From Streptosporangiaceae bacterium (GTDB taxonomy: Bacteria; Actinomycetota; Actinomycetes; Streptosporangiales; Streptosporangiaceae), in assembly GCA_035507615.1 (NCBI GenBank), contig DATJNX010000078.1:31244-95243 (forward strand): 64,000 nt of DNA, written 5' to 3'. The notes below the pieces were generated by a model. It saw only the letters and a list, made by a program, of their open reading frames with translations. It had not been told where the DNA came from and did no database searches. The translations under genes and the position numbers were made by a program. Positions 19,750 to 28,615 of the stretch are shown here, piece after piece (position 1 is the stretch's first letter; the number at the start of each line of letters is the position of its first letter).

Positions 19750-20496
19750 ATGAGCGCGACCAACGATGCACCGGCCGGTCCACTCCTGGTGGTAAGCGCA
19801 CACGCTGGCGACTTCGTCTGGCGTGCCGGAGGCGCGGTCGCCCTGTCGTCAGCTAGCGGCGCGCAAGTGACAGTGCTGTGCCTGAGTTACGGCGAGCGCG
19901 GCGAGTCGGCGAGCGCCTGGCGCGCGGGCAAGCAGCTGGCCGAGATCAAGGCGATCCGGCAGGAGGAAGCAAGCCACGCCGCGGAGGTTCTAGGCGCCGC
20001 GATCGAGTTCGCCGACGCAGGCGATTACCCGCTCCGTGAATCGGACGAGCTTATCGACGCGATCGTGGGCTGCTACCGGCGGGTGAGGCCGGCTGTCGTG
20101 CTCACCCATGCGCTGGCTGATCCGTACAACCCGGACCACCCCGCGGCCGCCAGGATGGCCTTGCAGGCCCGGGTATTCGCCCAGGCCATTGGCTATGACG
20201 CGGAAGGCGAGCCGCTGGGCGCACCGCCGGTGTTCCTGTTCGAGCCGCACCAGCCCGAGCAATGCGACTTCAAGCCGCAAGTGCTGCTGGATATCACGCC
20301 AGTTTTCAGCGTGAAACGCAAGGCAATGGAGTGCCTCAAGGCGCAGCAGCACATGTGGGACTACTACACCGACCTCGCCCGGCGTCGCGGCGTCCAGCTC
20401 CAGCGCAATGCCGGTCCCAATCTGGGCCTGGCGCACTCGACCATGGCCGAGGCCTACATGCGGGTCTATCCGGAAGTGACCGGGATGCTCAGGTGA
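19750..20496 (+). CDS. PIG-L/LmbE-family zinc hydrolase/hydratase, GalB-like (candidate 4-oxalomesaconate hydratase)
   Basis: LLVVSAHAGDFVWRAGG and YNPDHPAAA motifs of the PIG-L fold. Sits with RraA-like aldolase and PrpF-like genes, as in the gal cluster. Confidence 0.7.
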   Translation: MSATNDAPAGPLLVVSAHAGDFVWRAGGAVALSSASGAQVTVLCLSYGERGESASAWRAGKQLAEIKAIRQEEASHAAEVLGAAIEFADAGDYPLRESDELIDAIVGCYRRVRPAVVLTHALADPYNPDHPAAARMALQARVFAQAIGYDAEGEPLGAPPVFLFEPHQPEQCDFKPQVLLDITPVFSVKRKAMECLKAQQHMWDYYTDLARRRGVQLQRNAGPNLGLAHSTMAEAYMRVYPEVTGMLR

Positions 20497-21194
20497 GGAA
20501 CGTCATCGTCACGGGCTGCCCGCGAGCAGATCAAGCTGAGGTCGCGCGGCTGGCGGAGTTCGGCGTCGCGACGGTACATGAGGCGATTGGCCGCACCGGT
20601 TACCTCGGGCCGGGCATCCGCCCGGTCTACCCCGGATCCGGGCTCGCCGGGACAGCCGTGACCGTTGTCTGCTGGCCAGGTGACAACCTCATGATCCACG
20701 CCGCGGTAGAACAGTGCCAGGCCGGCGACGTCCTGGTGGTGACTACTACTTCGGCGTGCACTGACGGCGCGTTCGGCGAGTTGCTGGCTACAGCCTCGCA
20801 GCGTCGGGGAGTGCGCGGGCTCGTGACGACCGGCGGCGTCCGCGACACCGCCGAACTGCAGGCAATGGGCTTCCCGGTGTTCTGCTCGGCGGTGTCCGCG
20901 CAGGGAACGGTCAAGGCGACCGCAGGTGCCGTCAACGTTCCCGTCAGCATCAACGGCCAGCACATCGCCCCGGGCGACGCTGTCATCGCGGCCGACGACG
21001 GAGTTCTGGTCGTCGCCCGGCAGCAGGTTAGCCAGGCCGTCTCGGCGGCTCGCGCTCGAGCCGAGAAGGAGAGTGCCGCGCGCATCGCGTTCCGCGAGGG
21101 CGAGCTGAGCCTTGATCGCTACGGCCTGCGGACAGTGCTGGCAGAGCTGGGAGTGGAGTACCTCGACTATCACGCCTACGCGGGCACGCAGTGA
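20493..21194 (+). CDS. RraA-like class II aldolase (candidate 4-carboxy-4-hydroxy-2-oxoadipate aldolase/oxaloacetate decarboxylase, GalC/LigK-like)
   Basis: GVATVHEAIGRTGYL...GDNLMIHAAV...GDVLVV...GELLA...GVRD pattern of the RraA/aldolase fold. GTG 20493 overlaps the upstream stop (GTGA), so I reject the longer ORF from 20262. Confidence 0.8.
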   Translation: MRNVIVTGCPRADQAEVARLAEFGVATVHEAIGRTGYLGPGIRPVYPGSGLAGTAVTVVCWPGDNLMIHAAVEQCQAGDVLVVTTTSACTDGAFGELLATASQRRGVRGLVTTGGVRDTAELQAMGFPVFCSAVSAQGTVKATAGAVNVPVSINGQHIAPGDAVIAADDGVLVVARQQVSQAVSAARARAEKESAARIAFREGELSLDRYGLRTVLAELGVEYLDYHAYAGTQ

Positions 21195-22297
21195 CCCGCC
21201 CAGAGGCGAACGGCATTCGCTGCATGATGATGCGCGGCGGCACCTCGAAGGGCCTTTACTTCCTGGCCTCCGATCTGCCGCTGCAACCAGAGCGGCGAGA
21301 CGGACTGCTGCTGCGGATCATGGGAAGCGGCCATCCGCTGCAGATCGACGGACTTGGCGGGGCTCACTCGCTCACGTCGAAAGTTGCGGTCGTCTCAGCG
21401 TCGGAAGACGACGCCGCCGACATCGACTACCTGTTCCTGCAGTTCGGGGTCGAGCAGGCGACTGTCACAGACCAGCAGAACTGCGGGAACATTCTGGCCG
21501 GGGTAGGACCGTTCGCAGTGGAGCGCGGGCTCATCGAGCCAGGCGCTGGCTCGACGACAACCCGCATCCGGATGCTGAACTCCGGCAGCGTGGTCACGGC
21601 CACTTTCGGAACTCCTGGCGGCGTTCCTGACTACTCCGGCACAACCGCGATCGCCGGGGTCCCCGGCACGGCGGCCCCTATCAGTTTGCGTTTCGCCGAC
21701 ACGGCCGGCTCGGCAACGGGCGCCTTGCTGCCCACCGGCAGCGTCCGCGACATCATCGGCGATGTCGAGGTGACATGCATCGACAACGGCATGCCGGTGG
21801 TCGTAGCGCGGGCCAGGGACCTCGGGATCAGCGGATACGAGTCGCATCCCGAACTGACTGGCGACACCGCACTGGCCGGCCGCATCGAGTCGCTGCGGCT
21901 GGCCGCAGGCAAGCTGATGGGATTGGGTGACGTGAGCCAGCTGTCCGTACCGAAGACGACATTGGTGAGCAGGCCCGTGGACGGCGGCACTATCTGCACC
22001 CGCACATTTATCCCGGTTCGCCCGCACACCGCTATCGGCGTGCTCGGCGCAGTCAGTGCCGCCACGGCCCTGCTGCTTCCCGGTGCAGTCGGGACGGAAC
22101 TCGCCGTGATGCCCGCTCCGAGACAGCCGATTGACGTCGAGCACCCGACCGGGCACCTGCTCGTTGACGTGGAGGTCGACACCTCCTGCAAGCCGCCCCT
22201 GGTCCGCCGTGCAGGCGTCGTGCGGACCGCCCGCAAGCTTTTCGACGGTACCGTCTACCCGGCAGGCGCGGCAGCCACCGCCGGAGAGGAGCCCTGA
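21191..22297 (+). CDS. PrpF-superfamily isomerase (candidate 4-oxalomesaconate tautomerase, GalD/LigU-like)
   Basis: N-terminus IRCMMMRGGTSKGLYF is typical of PrpF-fold isomerases. GTGA overlap with the upstream gene. Confidence 0.8.
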   Translation: MTRPEANGIRCMMMRGGTSKGLYFLASDLPLQPERRDGLLLRIMGSGHPLQIDGLGGAHSLTSKVAVVSASEDDAADIDYLFLQFGVEQATVTDQQNCGNILAGVGPFAVERGLIEPGAGSTTTRIRMLNSGSVVTATFGTPGGVPDYSGTTAIAGVPGTAAPISLRFADTAGSATGALLPTGSVRDIIGDVEVTCIDNGMPVVVARARDLGISGYESHPELTGDTALAGRIESLRLAAGKLMGLGDVSQLSVPKTTLVSRPVDGGTICTRTFIPVRPHTAIGVLGAVSAATALLLPGAVGTELAVMPAPRQPIDVEHPTGHLLVDVEVDTSCKPPLVRRAGVVRTARKLFDGTVYPAGAAATAGEEP

Positions 22298-23247
22298 TGG
22301 CGCGCTTGCTGCACGAGATAGCCCACCTCGGGCACGCCGAGCTGCTGACTCCAGAACCCGACCGGAGTCTGTGGTTCTTTACCGAGGTGCTCGGCCTTAC
22401 CCAGAACGGGGCCAGCGGCGACTCGGTGTACTTGCGCACCTGGGACGACTACGAGCACCACAGCCTCAAGCTGACCGCGGCGGCTACCTCTGGCATCCGC
22501 CGCACCGGCCTGCGCGCAGCGAGCGCGGGAGCGCTCAAGCGCCGGGTCGCCGAGATCGAATCGCGCGGCCTCGGTGTCGGCTGGCGAGATGGCGACGCCG
22601 GGATCGGGCCTACCTACCTGTTCCGCGACCCGGACGGTCATGAGTTCGAGCTCTACTGGGAGACCGAACGGTATGAGCCTCCCGCTGGCCTGAAGCCGGC
22701 CCTGAAGAATCAAGCTCAGGCCTATCCCGCCCGCGGCGTGTGCGTGCGCCGCCTGGACCACGTGAATTTCCTGGCCGCGCAGAGCGAGCCGAACGGCAGT
22801 TTCATTTGTTCTGTGCTCGGCGGGCGGGTGACGGAGCAGATCGTCCTCGACAACGGCACCGTCTCCGCTCAGTGGACCCATTTCGCGCAGAAGTCCTACG
22901 ACCTCGTCTATACCAACGACTGGACCGGCGCGAACGGGCGTCTGCACCACATCGCCTTCGCAACCGACACCAGAGAAGACGTGCTCAGGGCCGCCGACAT
23001 CTGTCTGGACAAGCAGGTGTTCATCGAGACCGGGCCGCATAAGCACGCTATCCAGCAGACGTTCTTCCTGTACGTGTACGAGCCTGGCGGGAACCGCATC
23101 GAGCTCTGCAACCCCTGCGCGAGGCTGATCTTCGCGCCTGACTGGGAGCCGGTGACCTGGACTGAGGCCGAACGCGCCAAAGGCCAGGCCTGGGGTCTGG
23201 CCACAATCGGCTCGTTCCACACTCACGGCACGCCGCCCGTGGAGTGA
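22297..23247 (+). CDS. Type I (VOC-superfamily) extradiol ring-cleavage dioxygenase, catechol 2,3-dioxygenase-like
   Basis: Two VOC modules: HAELLTPEPDRSLWFFTEVLGL, then RLDHVNF and LHHIAFATD...GPHKHAIQQTFFLYVYEPGGNRIEL. Confidence 0.85.
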   Translation: MARLLHEIAHLGHAELLTPEPDRSLWFFTEVLGLTQNGASGDSVYLRTWDDYEHHSLKLTAAATSGIRRTGLRAASAGALKRRVAEIESRGLGVGWRDGDAGIGPTYLFRDPDGHEFELYWETERYEPPAGLKPALKNQAQAYPARGVCVRRLDHVNFLAAQSEPNGSFICSVLGGRVTEQIVLDNGTVSAQWTHFAQKSYDLVYTNDWTGANGRLHHIAFATDTREDVLRAADICLDKQVFIETGPHKHAIQQTFFLYVYEPGGNRIELCNPCARLIFAPDWEPVTWTEAERAKGQAWGLATIGSFHTHGTPPVE

Positions 23248-23258
23248 GGAGCTGAGCC

Positions 23259-23909
23259 GTGCCTGAAGACTCCAAGCTCGCGGTCACCGAAGCGCTCCGC
23301 GCGGCCATCCTTGCCGGGGAATACGTGCCGAACCAGCGACTGGTGGAGGTCGATCTCTGTGAACGGTTCGGTACATCGAGGTTCATTCTCCGCACGGCCT
23401 TGCAGGATCTGGCAGCACAGGGCCTGGTCGAGTTCCAGCACAACAGGGGCGCCCGGGTACGCGAGGTATCACTGGCGGAGGCGATCGAGATTACCGAGGT
23501 CCGCATCCTGCTCGAGGGCATGCTGGCTGCCAGGGCCGCAGAGCGGGTGACCAAGTCTGACATCGCCATGCTGCGCGGTCTGGTCAGAGAGATGCGCGCG
23601 GCAATGGCGAAGTCGGAGCTACTGACCTACAGCGACCTGAATGCGCGGCTGCATGCCGCAATCCGCGACATCGCCGCCCATGAGACCGCGTCCCGGTTGC
23701 TCCGCCAGTTGCGCGACCAGACCGTCCGCCACCAGTTCTCGCTCGCGCTCGTGCCGGGACGGCCCGCTGTGTCGCTGCCTCAGCATGAGGCCATCGTCGC
23801 CGCAATCACCGGACGGGAGCCGGCTGAGGCGCAGCGAGCCATGCACACTCACCTGCAGAGCGTGATCGAGGCGTTCCGCGCTCTCACGGTCGCGACGATG
23901 CCGCGCTAG
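23259..23909 (+). CDS. GntR-family transcriptional regulator (FadR/FCD subfamily)
   Basis: N-terminal wHTH (ILAGEYVPNQRLVEVDLCERFGTSRFILRTALQDLAAQGLV) plus a helical FCD-like C-terminal domain. Confidence 0.85.
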   Translation: MPEDSKLAVTEALRAAILAGEYVPNQRLVEVDLCERFGTSRFILRTALQDLAAQGLVEFQHNRGARVREVSLAEAIEITEVRILLEGMLAARAAERVTKSDIAMLRGLVREMRAAMAKSELLTYSDLNARLHAAIRDIAAHETASRLLRQLRDQTVRHQFSLALVPGRPAVSLPQHEAIVAAITGREPAEAQRAMHTHLQSVIEAFRALTVATMPR

Positions 23910-23919
23910 CCGGGAACTA

Positions 23920-24735
23920 GTGATGAGAACATCAGCCGCTCCTGTGATCGCGGTGCTGGGGCTAGGCGAGGCCGGATCGCTGATCGCCACCGACCTTGCC
24001 CTGGCCGGGGCGATCGTCCGTGGTTTCGATCCGAAGGTGCCAGCTCCCGGCACCGTCCAGGATCTCTCCAGTGATGCCGACGCTGCCCGGGGAGCACACC
24101 TCATCCTGTCGCTGACCAGCGCGCACGAGGCGCCTGAAACCCTTCAGCTGGCGCTTGCCGGTATCGGCGCCAGCGCAATCTACGCTGACCTGAATACCGG
24201 CTCCGCAGGCCTCAAGGCGGGATTGGCGAAGGTCGCTGCGCAATCAGGCGTTGCTTTCGCCGACGTCGCCCTCATGGCACCAGTGCCGGGTCTGGGCCTC
24301 CGAACGCCGATGCTGGCGAGCGGTCCGGCGGCCGACGACTACGCTCGCATTCTCCGCCAGCTGGGAGCTACGGTCACGGTGCTTCCCGGCCCGGCCGGAA
24401 CGGCAGCGAGTCGCAAGCTCGTCCGGAGCGTGTTTTACAAAGGCCTGGCGGCTGCCGTCACCGAAGCGCTCCGGGCCGGACGGGCAGCGGGCTGCGAAGA
24501 CTGGCTTCGTGCCGATATCGGGCAGATCCTCGCGGACGCTTCCGCGAGCACGGTTGACCGGCTTGAACAAGGCAGCATCCGGCATGCGCGGCGACGGCGG
24601 GACGAAATGATGGCTGCCGGGGACCTGCTCGACGAGCTAGGAGTGCCACCGCGAGTCGCGCGGGCAAGTGCGGCCTGGCTAGCCCAGTTGATGACTGAGG
24701 CTGACTGCGAGGAGCCGCCCGGCGATCACGACTAG
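23920..24735 (+). CDS. NAD(P)-binding oxidoreductase (6-phosphogluconate-dehydrogenase-like N-domain plus DUF1932-like C-domain)
   Basis: Rossmann motif VIAVLGLGEAGSLIATDLALAG. The C-terminal half resembles DUF1932 proteins. Last gene of the operon. Confidence 0.65.
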   Translation: MMRTSAAPVIAVLGLGEAGSLIATDLALAGAIVRGFDPKVPAPGTVQDLSSDADAARGAHLILSLTSAHEAPETLQLALAGIGASAIYADLNTGSAGLKAGLAKVAAQSGVAFADVALMAPVPGLGLRTPMLASGPAADDYARILRQLGATVTVLPGPAGTAASRKLVRSVFYKGLAAAVTEALRAGRAAGCEDWLRADIGQILADASASTVDRLEQGSIRHARRRRDEMMAAGDLLDELGVPPRVARASAAWLAQLMTEADCEEPPGDHD

Positions 24736-25541
24736 CTGACGCCCTGCGAGCGCAGGTCCGACTCGATCTGCCGGGCCGTCTGCAGCAGCGCAGGCAGCAG
24801 GACGGCCCGCATCGCGGCCAGGCTGACCCGGCTTGCGTGTGCCGACAAGTTGATGGCCGCGATCACTGCGTCGCCCGCCCCGTGGATGGGCGCGGCGATC
24901 GCGCGAAGGCCTTCTTCCAGTTCCTGATCGACGATCGCGTAGCCCTGCCGGTCCGCTTCGCGGACTATCTCCCGCAGCCGGTCCGGATCAGTAACCGTTC
25001 GCGCAGTAAATGCTTCGAAGTCAGCTTCGCTCAGGTACTTCTCGAGGTCGCCCGGGCTCATCCCGGCAAGCAGCACCCGGCCCATTGATGTCGCGTAGGC
25101 CGGGAAGCGGGTGCCAACCGAGATTGCGACCGTCATGATCCGCTTGGTCGGCACTCGCGCGACGTAGACGATGTGATGTCCGTCCAGTACCGAGATCGAC
25201 GACGACTCCCGTACCTGCGCGACGAGTTCTTCCAGGTGCGGCGACGCGATCTCGGGCATCGCCAGACCTGACAGGAACGCGTAACCGAGTTCGAGCACCC
25301 TCGGTCTCAGGGAGAACTCGCGGCCGTCGCTGCGGACGTAACCGAGCTTGACCAGCGTCAGCAGGAACCGCCGCGCCGCAGCTCTGGTCAGCCCGGTTTC
25401 CCTGGCGACGTCGCTGAGGCTCAGTCGCTCCCGGCCAGGGCCGAAGGCCCTGATGACGGCGAGCCCCCGGTCGAGCGACTGAACGAAGTCGCTGTCCCGG
25501 CCCGTGCCCGACGTGTTCGCTGTGCGCCCAGAAGTTGTCAT
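24732..25541 (-). CDS. IclR-family transcriptional regulator (PcaR/PcaU-like)
   Basis: FVQSLDRGLAVIRAF...LSLSDVARETGLTRAAARRFLLTLVKLGYV HTH plus an IclR effector domain. Lies 11 nt downstream of pcaD on the same strand. Confidence 0.88.
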   Translation of the reverse strand: MTTSGRTANTSGTGRDSDFVQSLDRGLAVIRAFGPGRERLSLSDVARETGLTRAAARRFLLTLVKLGYVRSDGREFSLRPRVLELGYAFLSGLAMPEIASPHLEELVAQVRESSSISVLDGHHIVYVARVPTKRIMTVAISVGTRFPAYATSMGRVLLAGMSPGDLEKYLSEADFEAFTARTVTDPDRLREIVREADRQGYAIVDQELEEGLRAIAAPIHGAGDAVIAAINLSAHASRVSLAAMRAVLLPALLQTARQIESDLRSQGVS

Positions 25542-25552
25542 TAGAGCGCATG

Positions 25553-26386
25553 CTAGCGCCCGTTGCGCCAGCGATGGTCAGACACCGCCGCCGCGGCCAG
25601 GTGGGCAGTGAGTGCAGCCGCGACGGAGTCGGGCGCCGACACTGCGGCGAGATGGGCCGCGCCGGGGATTACCTCGAACCGCGCGCGGTCAATCTGGCTC
25701 GCGATAGCGCCGCCGTACTCCGGCGGCGTGGCTGGATCGTCAGCGCCCGCGATGACCAGCGTCGGCGCGGTGATGGCGGCCAGGTCCGGGCGCAGGTCCA
25801 TGGCCGCGATGGCCTCGCAGCAACCTGCGTAGCCGTCGGGATCGGTTCGCTCGAGTCCAGCCCGGAACACTGCGATGACGCCCGGCTCGGCAGCGGCATA
25901 AGCCGGGGTGAACCAGCGGCTGACAACCGCGGCCGAGATCGAAGCCATGCCAGCCGCCCGGACCCGCGCGGCTCGCTGCCGCCAGTGTTCGGCTGGGGGA
26001 AGATACGCGGCGGTGCAGACCAGGCCAAGCGCAGCTATCCGGCCGGGCGCGTGAGCCGCAAGCCACATCCCGATCATGCCGCCGAGCGATATCCCGCAGT
26101 AGCCGGCCCGCCCCACGCCCAGCGAGTCCAGCAATGCAAGGACGCCGGCACCCAGCTCGGCGAGCGTGTACGGGCCCGGACGCGCGGCCGAGCCGCCGTG
26201 GCCGGGAAGCTCGTATCGCACGAGCGCGAATCTCTCCTGCAGAGCCGATACCTGCCCGTCCCAGACCTCGGCGCCGGTGCCGAGTGAGTTGCCGAGAACC
26301 AGTACCGGCCCGCCCTGCGGTCCCGCGATTGGCGCAGCGAGCGCCAGCGGCGCAGGATCAGACCTCGGAAGAGCCGGTTCAGACAT
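25553..26386 (-). CDS. pcaD: 3-oxoadipate enol-lactonase (alpha/beta hydrolase), stand-alone
   Basis: GISLGGMIG nucleophile elbow and pca operon context. Start at ATG 26386 overlaps the pcaG stop. Confidence 0.8.
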   Translation of the reverse strand: MSEPALPRSDPAPLALAAPIAGPQGGPVLVLGNSLGTGAEVWDGQVSALQERFALVRYELPGHGGSAARPGPYTLAELGAGVLALLDSLGVGRAGYCGISLGGMIGMWLAAHAPGRIAALGLVCTAAYLPPAEHWRQRAARVRAAGMASISAAVVSRWFTPAYAAAEPGVIAVFRAGLERTDPDGYAGCCEAIAAMDLRPDLAAITAPTLVIAGADDPATPPEYGGAIASQIDRARFEVIPGAAHLAAVSAPDSVAAALTAHLAAAAVSDHRWRNGR

Positions 26387-26960
26387 CGAAGAAGACCGTC
26401 TCGCCGTCGCCTTGCAGCCGGATGTCGAACCTGAACCGGCCGCCAGCGGCATCACCAGGGTCTTGGGCGGCGATCAGGGTGGCCCGGCGCGCCGGGTCGG
26501 CGATGGATGCCAGCACCGGATCGGCGGCATTGGCGTCTGCTTCGTCACAGAAGTAGATCCGCGTCACGACCCGGTCGAGCAAGCCCCGGGCGAAGACCGA
26601 CACGTCCAGGTGAGGTGCCTCAGTCCCGCCGTCCGGGCAGGGCAGCGGGCCCGGGCGGAGGGTGACGATGCGGTAGTTCCCGCCCGGGTCCGTCGCCGAT
26701 CTGCCGAACCCGCGGAAGCCATCCGGTGCCGTGGCCGGGCCGCGCGGATCGTCGGGATGGTTGAACCGGCCATCCGGGTCGGCTTGCCAGGTCTCCACGA
26801 GCGCGTCCGGGACCGGCTGGCCTGCCCCGTCCAGCACTATGCCCTCGATGACGATCGAGCCAGCGGTGCCCGCCGGGACCACGAACGGCCCGTCCGGCCA
26901 CGGCAACCCGATGGCAAGGAACGGGCCGACAGTCTGGGACGGCGTGATGCCCTCGCTCAC
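26379..26960 (-). CDS. pcaG: Protocatechuate 3,4-dioxygenase alpha subunit
   Basis: VSEGITPSQTVGPF...APHLDVSVFARGLL...RIYF. GTG 26960 is preceded by GAAGGGGG. Confidence 0.88.
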   Translation of the reverse strand: MSEGITPSQTVGPFLAIGLPWPDGPFVVPAGTAGSIVIEGIVLDGAGQPVPDALVETWQADPDGRFNHPDDPRGPATAPDGFRGFGRSATDPGGNYRIVTLRPGPLPCPDGGTEAPHLDVSVFARGLLDRVVTRIYFCDEADANAADPVLASIADPARRATLIAAQDPGDAAGGRFRFDIRLQGDGETVFFDV

Positions 26961-26974
26961 TTGACCCCCTTCGC

Positions 26975-27730
26975 TCAGTTGCCCGGCGTCTCGAACACGG
27001 TCGCCGTCCGGCCGCGCAGCACGATGTCCCACCGGTAACCGAGGGCCCAGTCCGGCTGCGTCAGCTCGATGTCGAAGGCGGCAATCAGTCTCGCGCGCGC
27101 CTGCGGGTCCGGGATCGAGTTGAAGATCGGGTCGAGCGGGAACAGCGGGTCCGCGGGGAAGTACATCTGGGTGACCAGTCGCTGAGTGAACGCCCGTCCC
27201 AGGAGCGAGAAGTGGATGTGCGCAGGGCGCCAGGCGTTGTAGTGGTTCCGCCACGGGTACGCACCCGGCTTAATCGTGACGAACTGGTACCGGCCGAGCG
27301 AGTCAGTGACGCAGCGACCCTCGCCGGTGAAGTTCGGATCGAGCGGCGCCGGATGGTCGTCAACGCGGTGCGCGTACCGACCGGACGCATTTGCCTGCCA
27401 GATCTCGATGAGCGTGTCCGGTACCGGACGACCGTCAGAATCCAGCACGCGGCCGCTCACGATGATGCGCTCGCCGAGTGGCTCGCCAGCATGGCCCGTG
27501 GTCAGGTCCGCGTCGTCGGCGGTGACCCGTCCGGCGCCGAGTACCGGCCCGGTGATCTCAGTGAGCCGCTGGGTCATCGGTATCAGCGGCTGACCCGGTG
27601 CGCGCAGCCGGGAGGACTGGTAGGCCTGGGTGTCGAGCGGCGGATGAACGCCCGCGGCCGACACGTATCGCGGCAGCGTGAACGAAACGGTTTCGGCCGC
27701 GCTGGCATGGCGCTGATCACTACCGGTCAT
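26975..27730 (-). CDS. pcaH: Protocatechuate 3,4-dioxygenase beta subunit
   Basis: IEIWQANASGRYAH...YPWRNHYNAWRPAHIHFSL, including iron-ligand motifs. Confidence 0.92.
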   Translation of the reverse strand: MTGSDQRHASAAETVSFTLPRYVSAAGVHPPLDTQAYQSSRLRAPGQPLIPMTQRLTEITGPVLGAGRVTADDADLTTGHAGEPLGERIIVSGRVLDSDGRPVPDTLIEIWQANASGRYAHRVDDHPAPLDPNFTGEGRCVTDSLGRYQFVTIKPGAYPWRNHYNAWRPAHIHFSLLGRAFTQRLVTQMYFPADPLFPLDPIFNSIPDPQARARLIAAFDIELTQPDWALGYRWDIVLRGRTATVFETPGN

Positions 27731-27754
27731 AGCGGGGCTCCTACCCGATCACGG

Positions 27755-28615
27755 TCAATCGCCGACTCCGGCTGTGGTAATCGTGCCCGTGCCAATCGTG
27801 CCCGTGCCAATCGCGGCTGGGCCAATCGCGGCTGGCGGTGCGGCGCTGTCGGCGACGGGCGGTGGCGTGGCGTCGAGCAGCCCGCGCAGCGCGGCGAGCT
27901 CCGCGTCAGTCGGCGGCGCGATCTGCGTCAGCTCGGCTGACACGGTCAGGTCCCAGCCGGTGCTGTCGCGGACCGTGGCGACGGACACGCCGGCATAGAT
28001 CCCGGTCAGGACGAGCTCACAAGTGCGCGGATCAGGGCGCAGCACGCCGAGATCGGTGATGACCAGGCGCGGTCCGCCGCCGGCCAGGCCGAGCCGCTCG
28101 CGCGCCCCTGGCCCGTCGCCGAATCCGACTGAGGTGACGAAGTCGAGGCGCTCGGCGAACGTCCGGCGCGACTGGCGCAGCACTACGGCAACCTCCTTGC
28201 ACGCCGCGGCAATCTCCGGAGCGCCGCCAGCGCCGGGCAGCCGGACGGCGGGTTTGTCGTAGCTCGGTCCGATCACGGTGGTGTTGATGTTGCCGTACCG
28301 GTCAAGCTGAGCCGCACCAAGGAAGCCGATGTCGATGCGCCCTGGCTGAAGCCAGTAGTTGAAGATCTCCGGCACGCTGACGACTGCGTCGGCGGTCTCG
28401 GCGAGCATGCCGTCGCCGATTGACAGCGGCACCTGACCCGGCTTCGAGCCGATAGTCCCCGACTCGTAGATCAGGACGAGATCCGGCGCGTGAGTGATGC
28501 GAGCCAGGTTGGCTGCTTCGCTCGGCAGGCCGATGCCGACAAAGCAGGTCATGCCGTTCCTCAGCGACCGCGCCGCGGTCACGGTCATCATCTCGTCAGA
28601 GGTGTAGCTCAGCAT
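27755..28615 (-). CDS. pcaJ: 3-oxoadipate:succinyl-CoA transferase subunit B, with repeat-containing C-terminal tail
   Basis: CoA-transferase B-subunit core (MTCFVGIGLPS...ESGTIG...). Start at ATG 28615 overlaps the pcaI stop (ATGCTGA). C-terminal tail PPAAIGPAAIGTGTIGTGTI. Confidence 0.82.
   Translation of the reverse strand: MLSYTSDEMMTVTAARSLRNGMTCFVGIGLPSEAANLARITHAPDLVLIYESGTIGSKPGQVPLSIGDGMLAETADAVVSVPEIFNYWLQPGRIDIGFLGAAQLDRYGNINTTVIGPSYDKPAVRLPGAGGAPEIAAACKEVAVVLRQSRRTFAERLDFVTSVGFGDGPGARERLGLAGGGPRLVITDLGVLRPDPRTCELVLTGIYAGVSVATVRDSTGWDLTVSAELTQIAPPTDAELAALRGLLDATPPPVADSAAPPAAIGPAAIGTGTIGTGTITTAGVGD
27779..27838 (-). repeat. 15-bp in-frame tandem repeats (2 + 2 copies) forming the PcaJ C-terminal tail
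   Basis: aatcgtgcccgtgcc x2, then aatcgcggctgggcc / aatcgcggctggcgg (+ strand). Confidence 0.9.

Noticed and set aside
19449-19763. 104-aa ORF on the - strand in the divergent intergenic region.
   Set aside because: It has no RBS or family resemblance and overlaps the gal-like operon start. It lies in an AT-richer region that looks regulatory.
20262-20492. Long N-terminal extension of the RraA-like aldolase ORF.
   Set aside because: The extension overlaps the PIG-L gene in another frame. The conserved aldolase sequence begins at GTG 20493, which is stop-start coupled.
22255-23226. 323-aa ORF on the - strand.
   Set aside because: It is antisense to the VOC extradiol dioxygenase, a shadow ORF.
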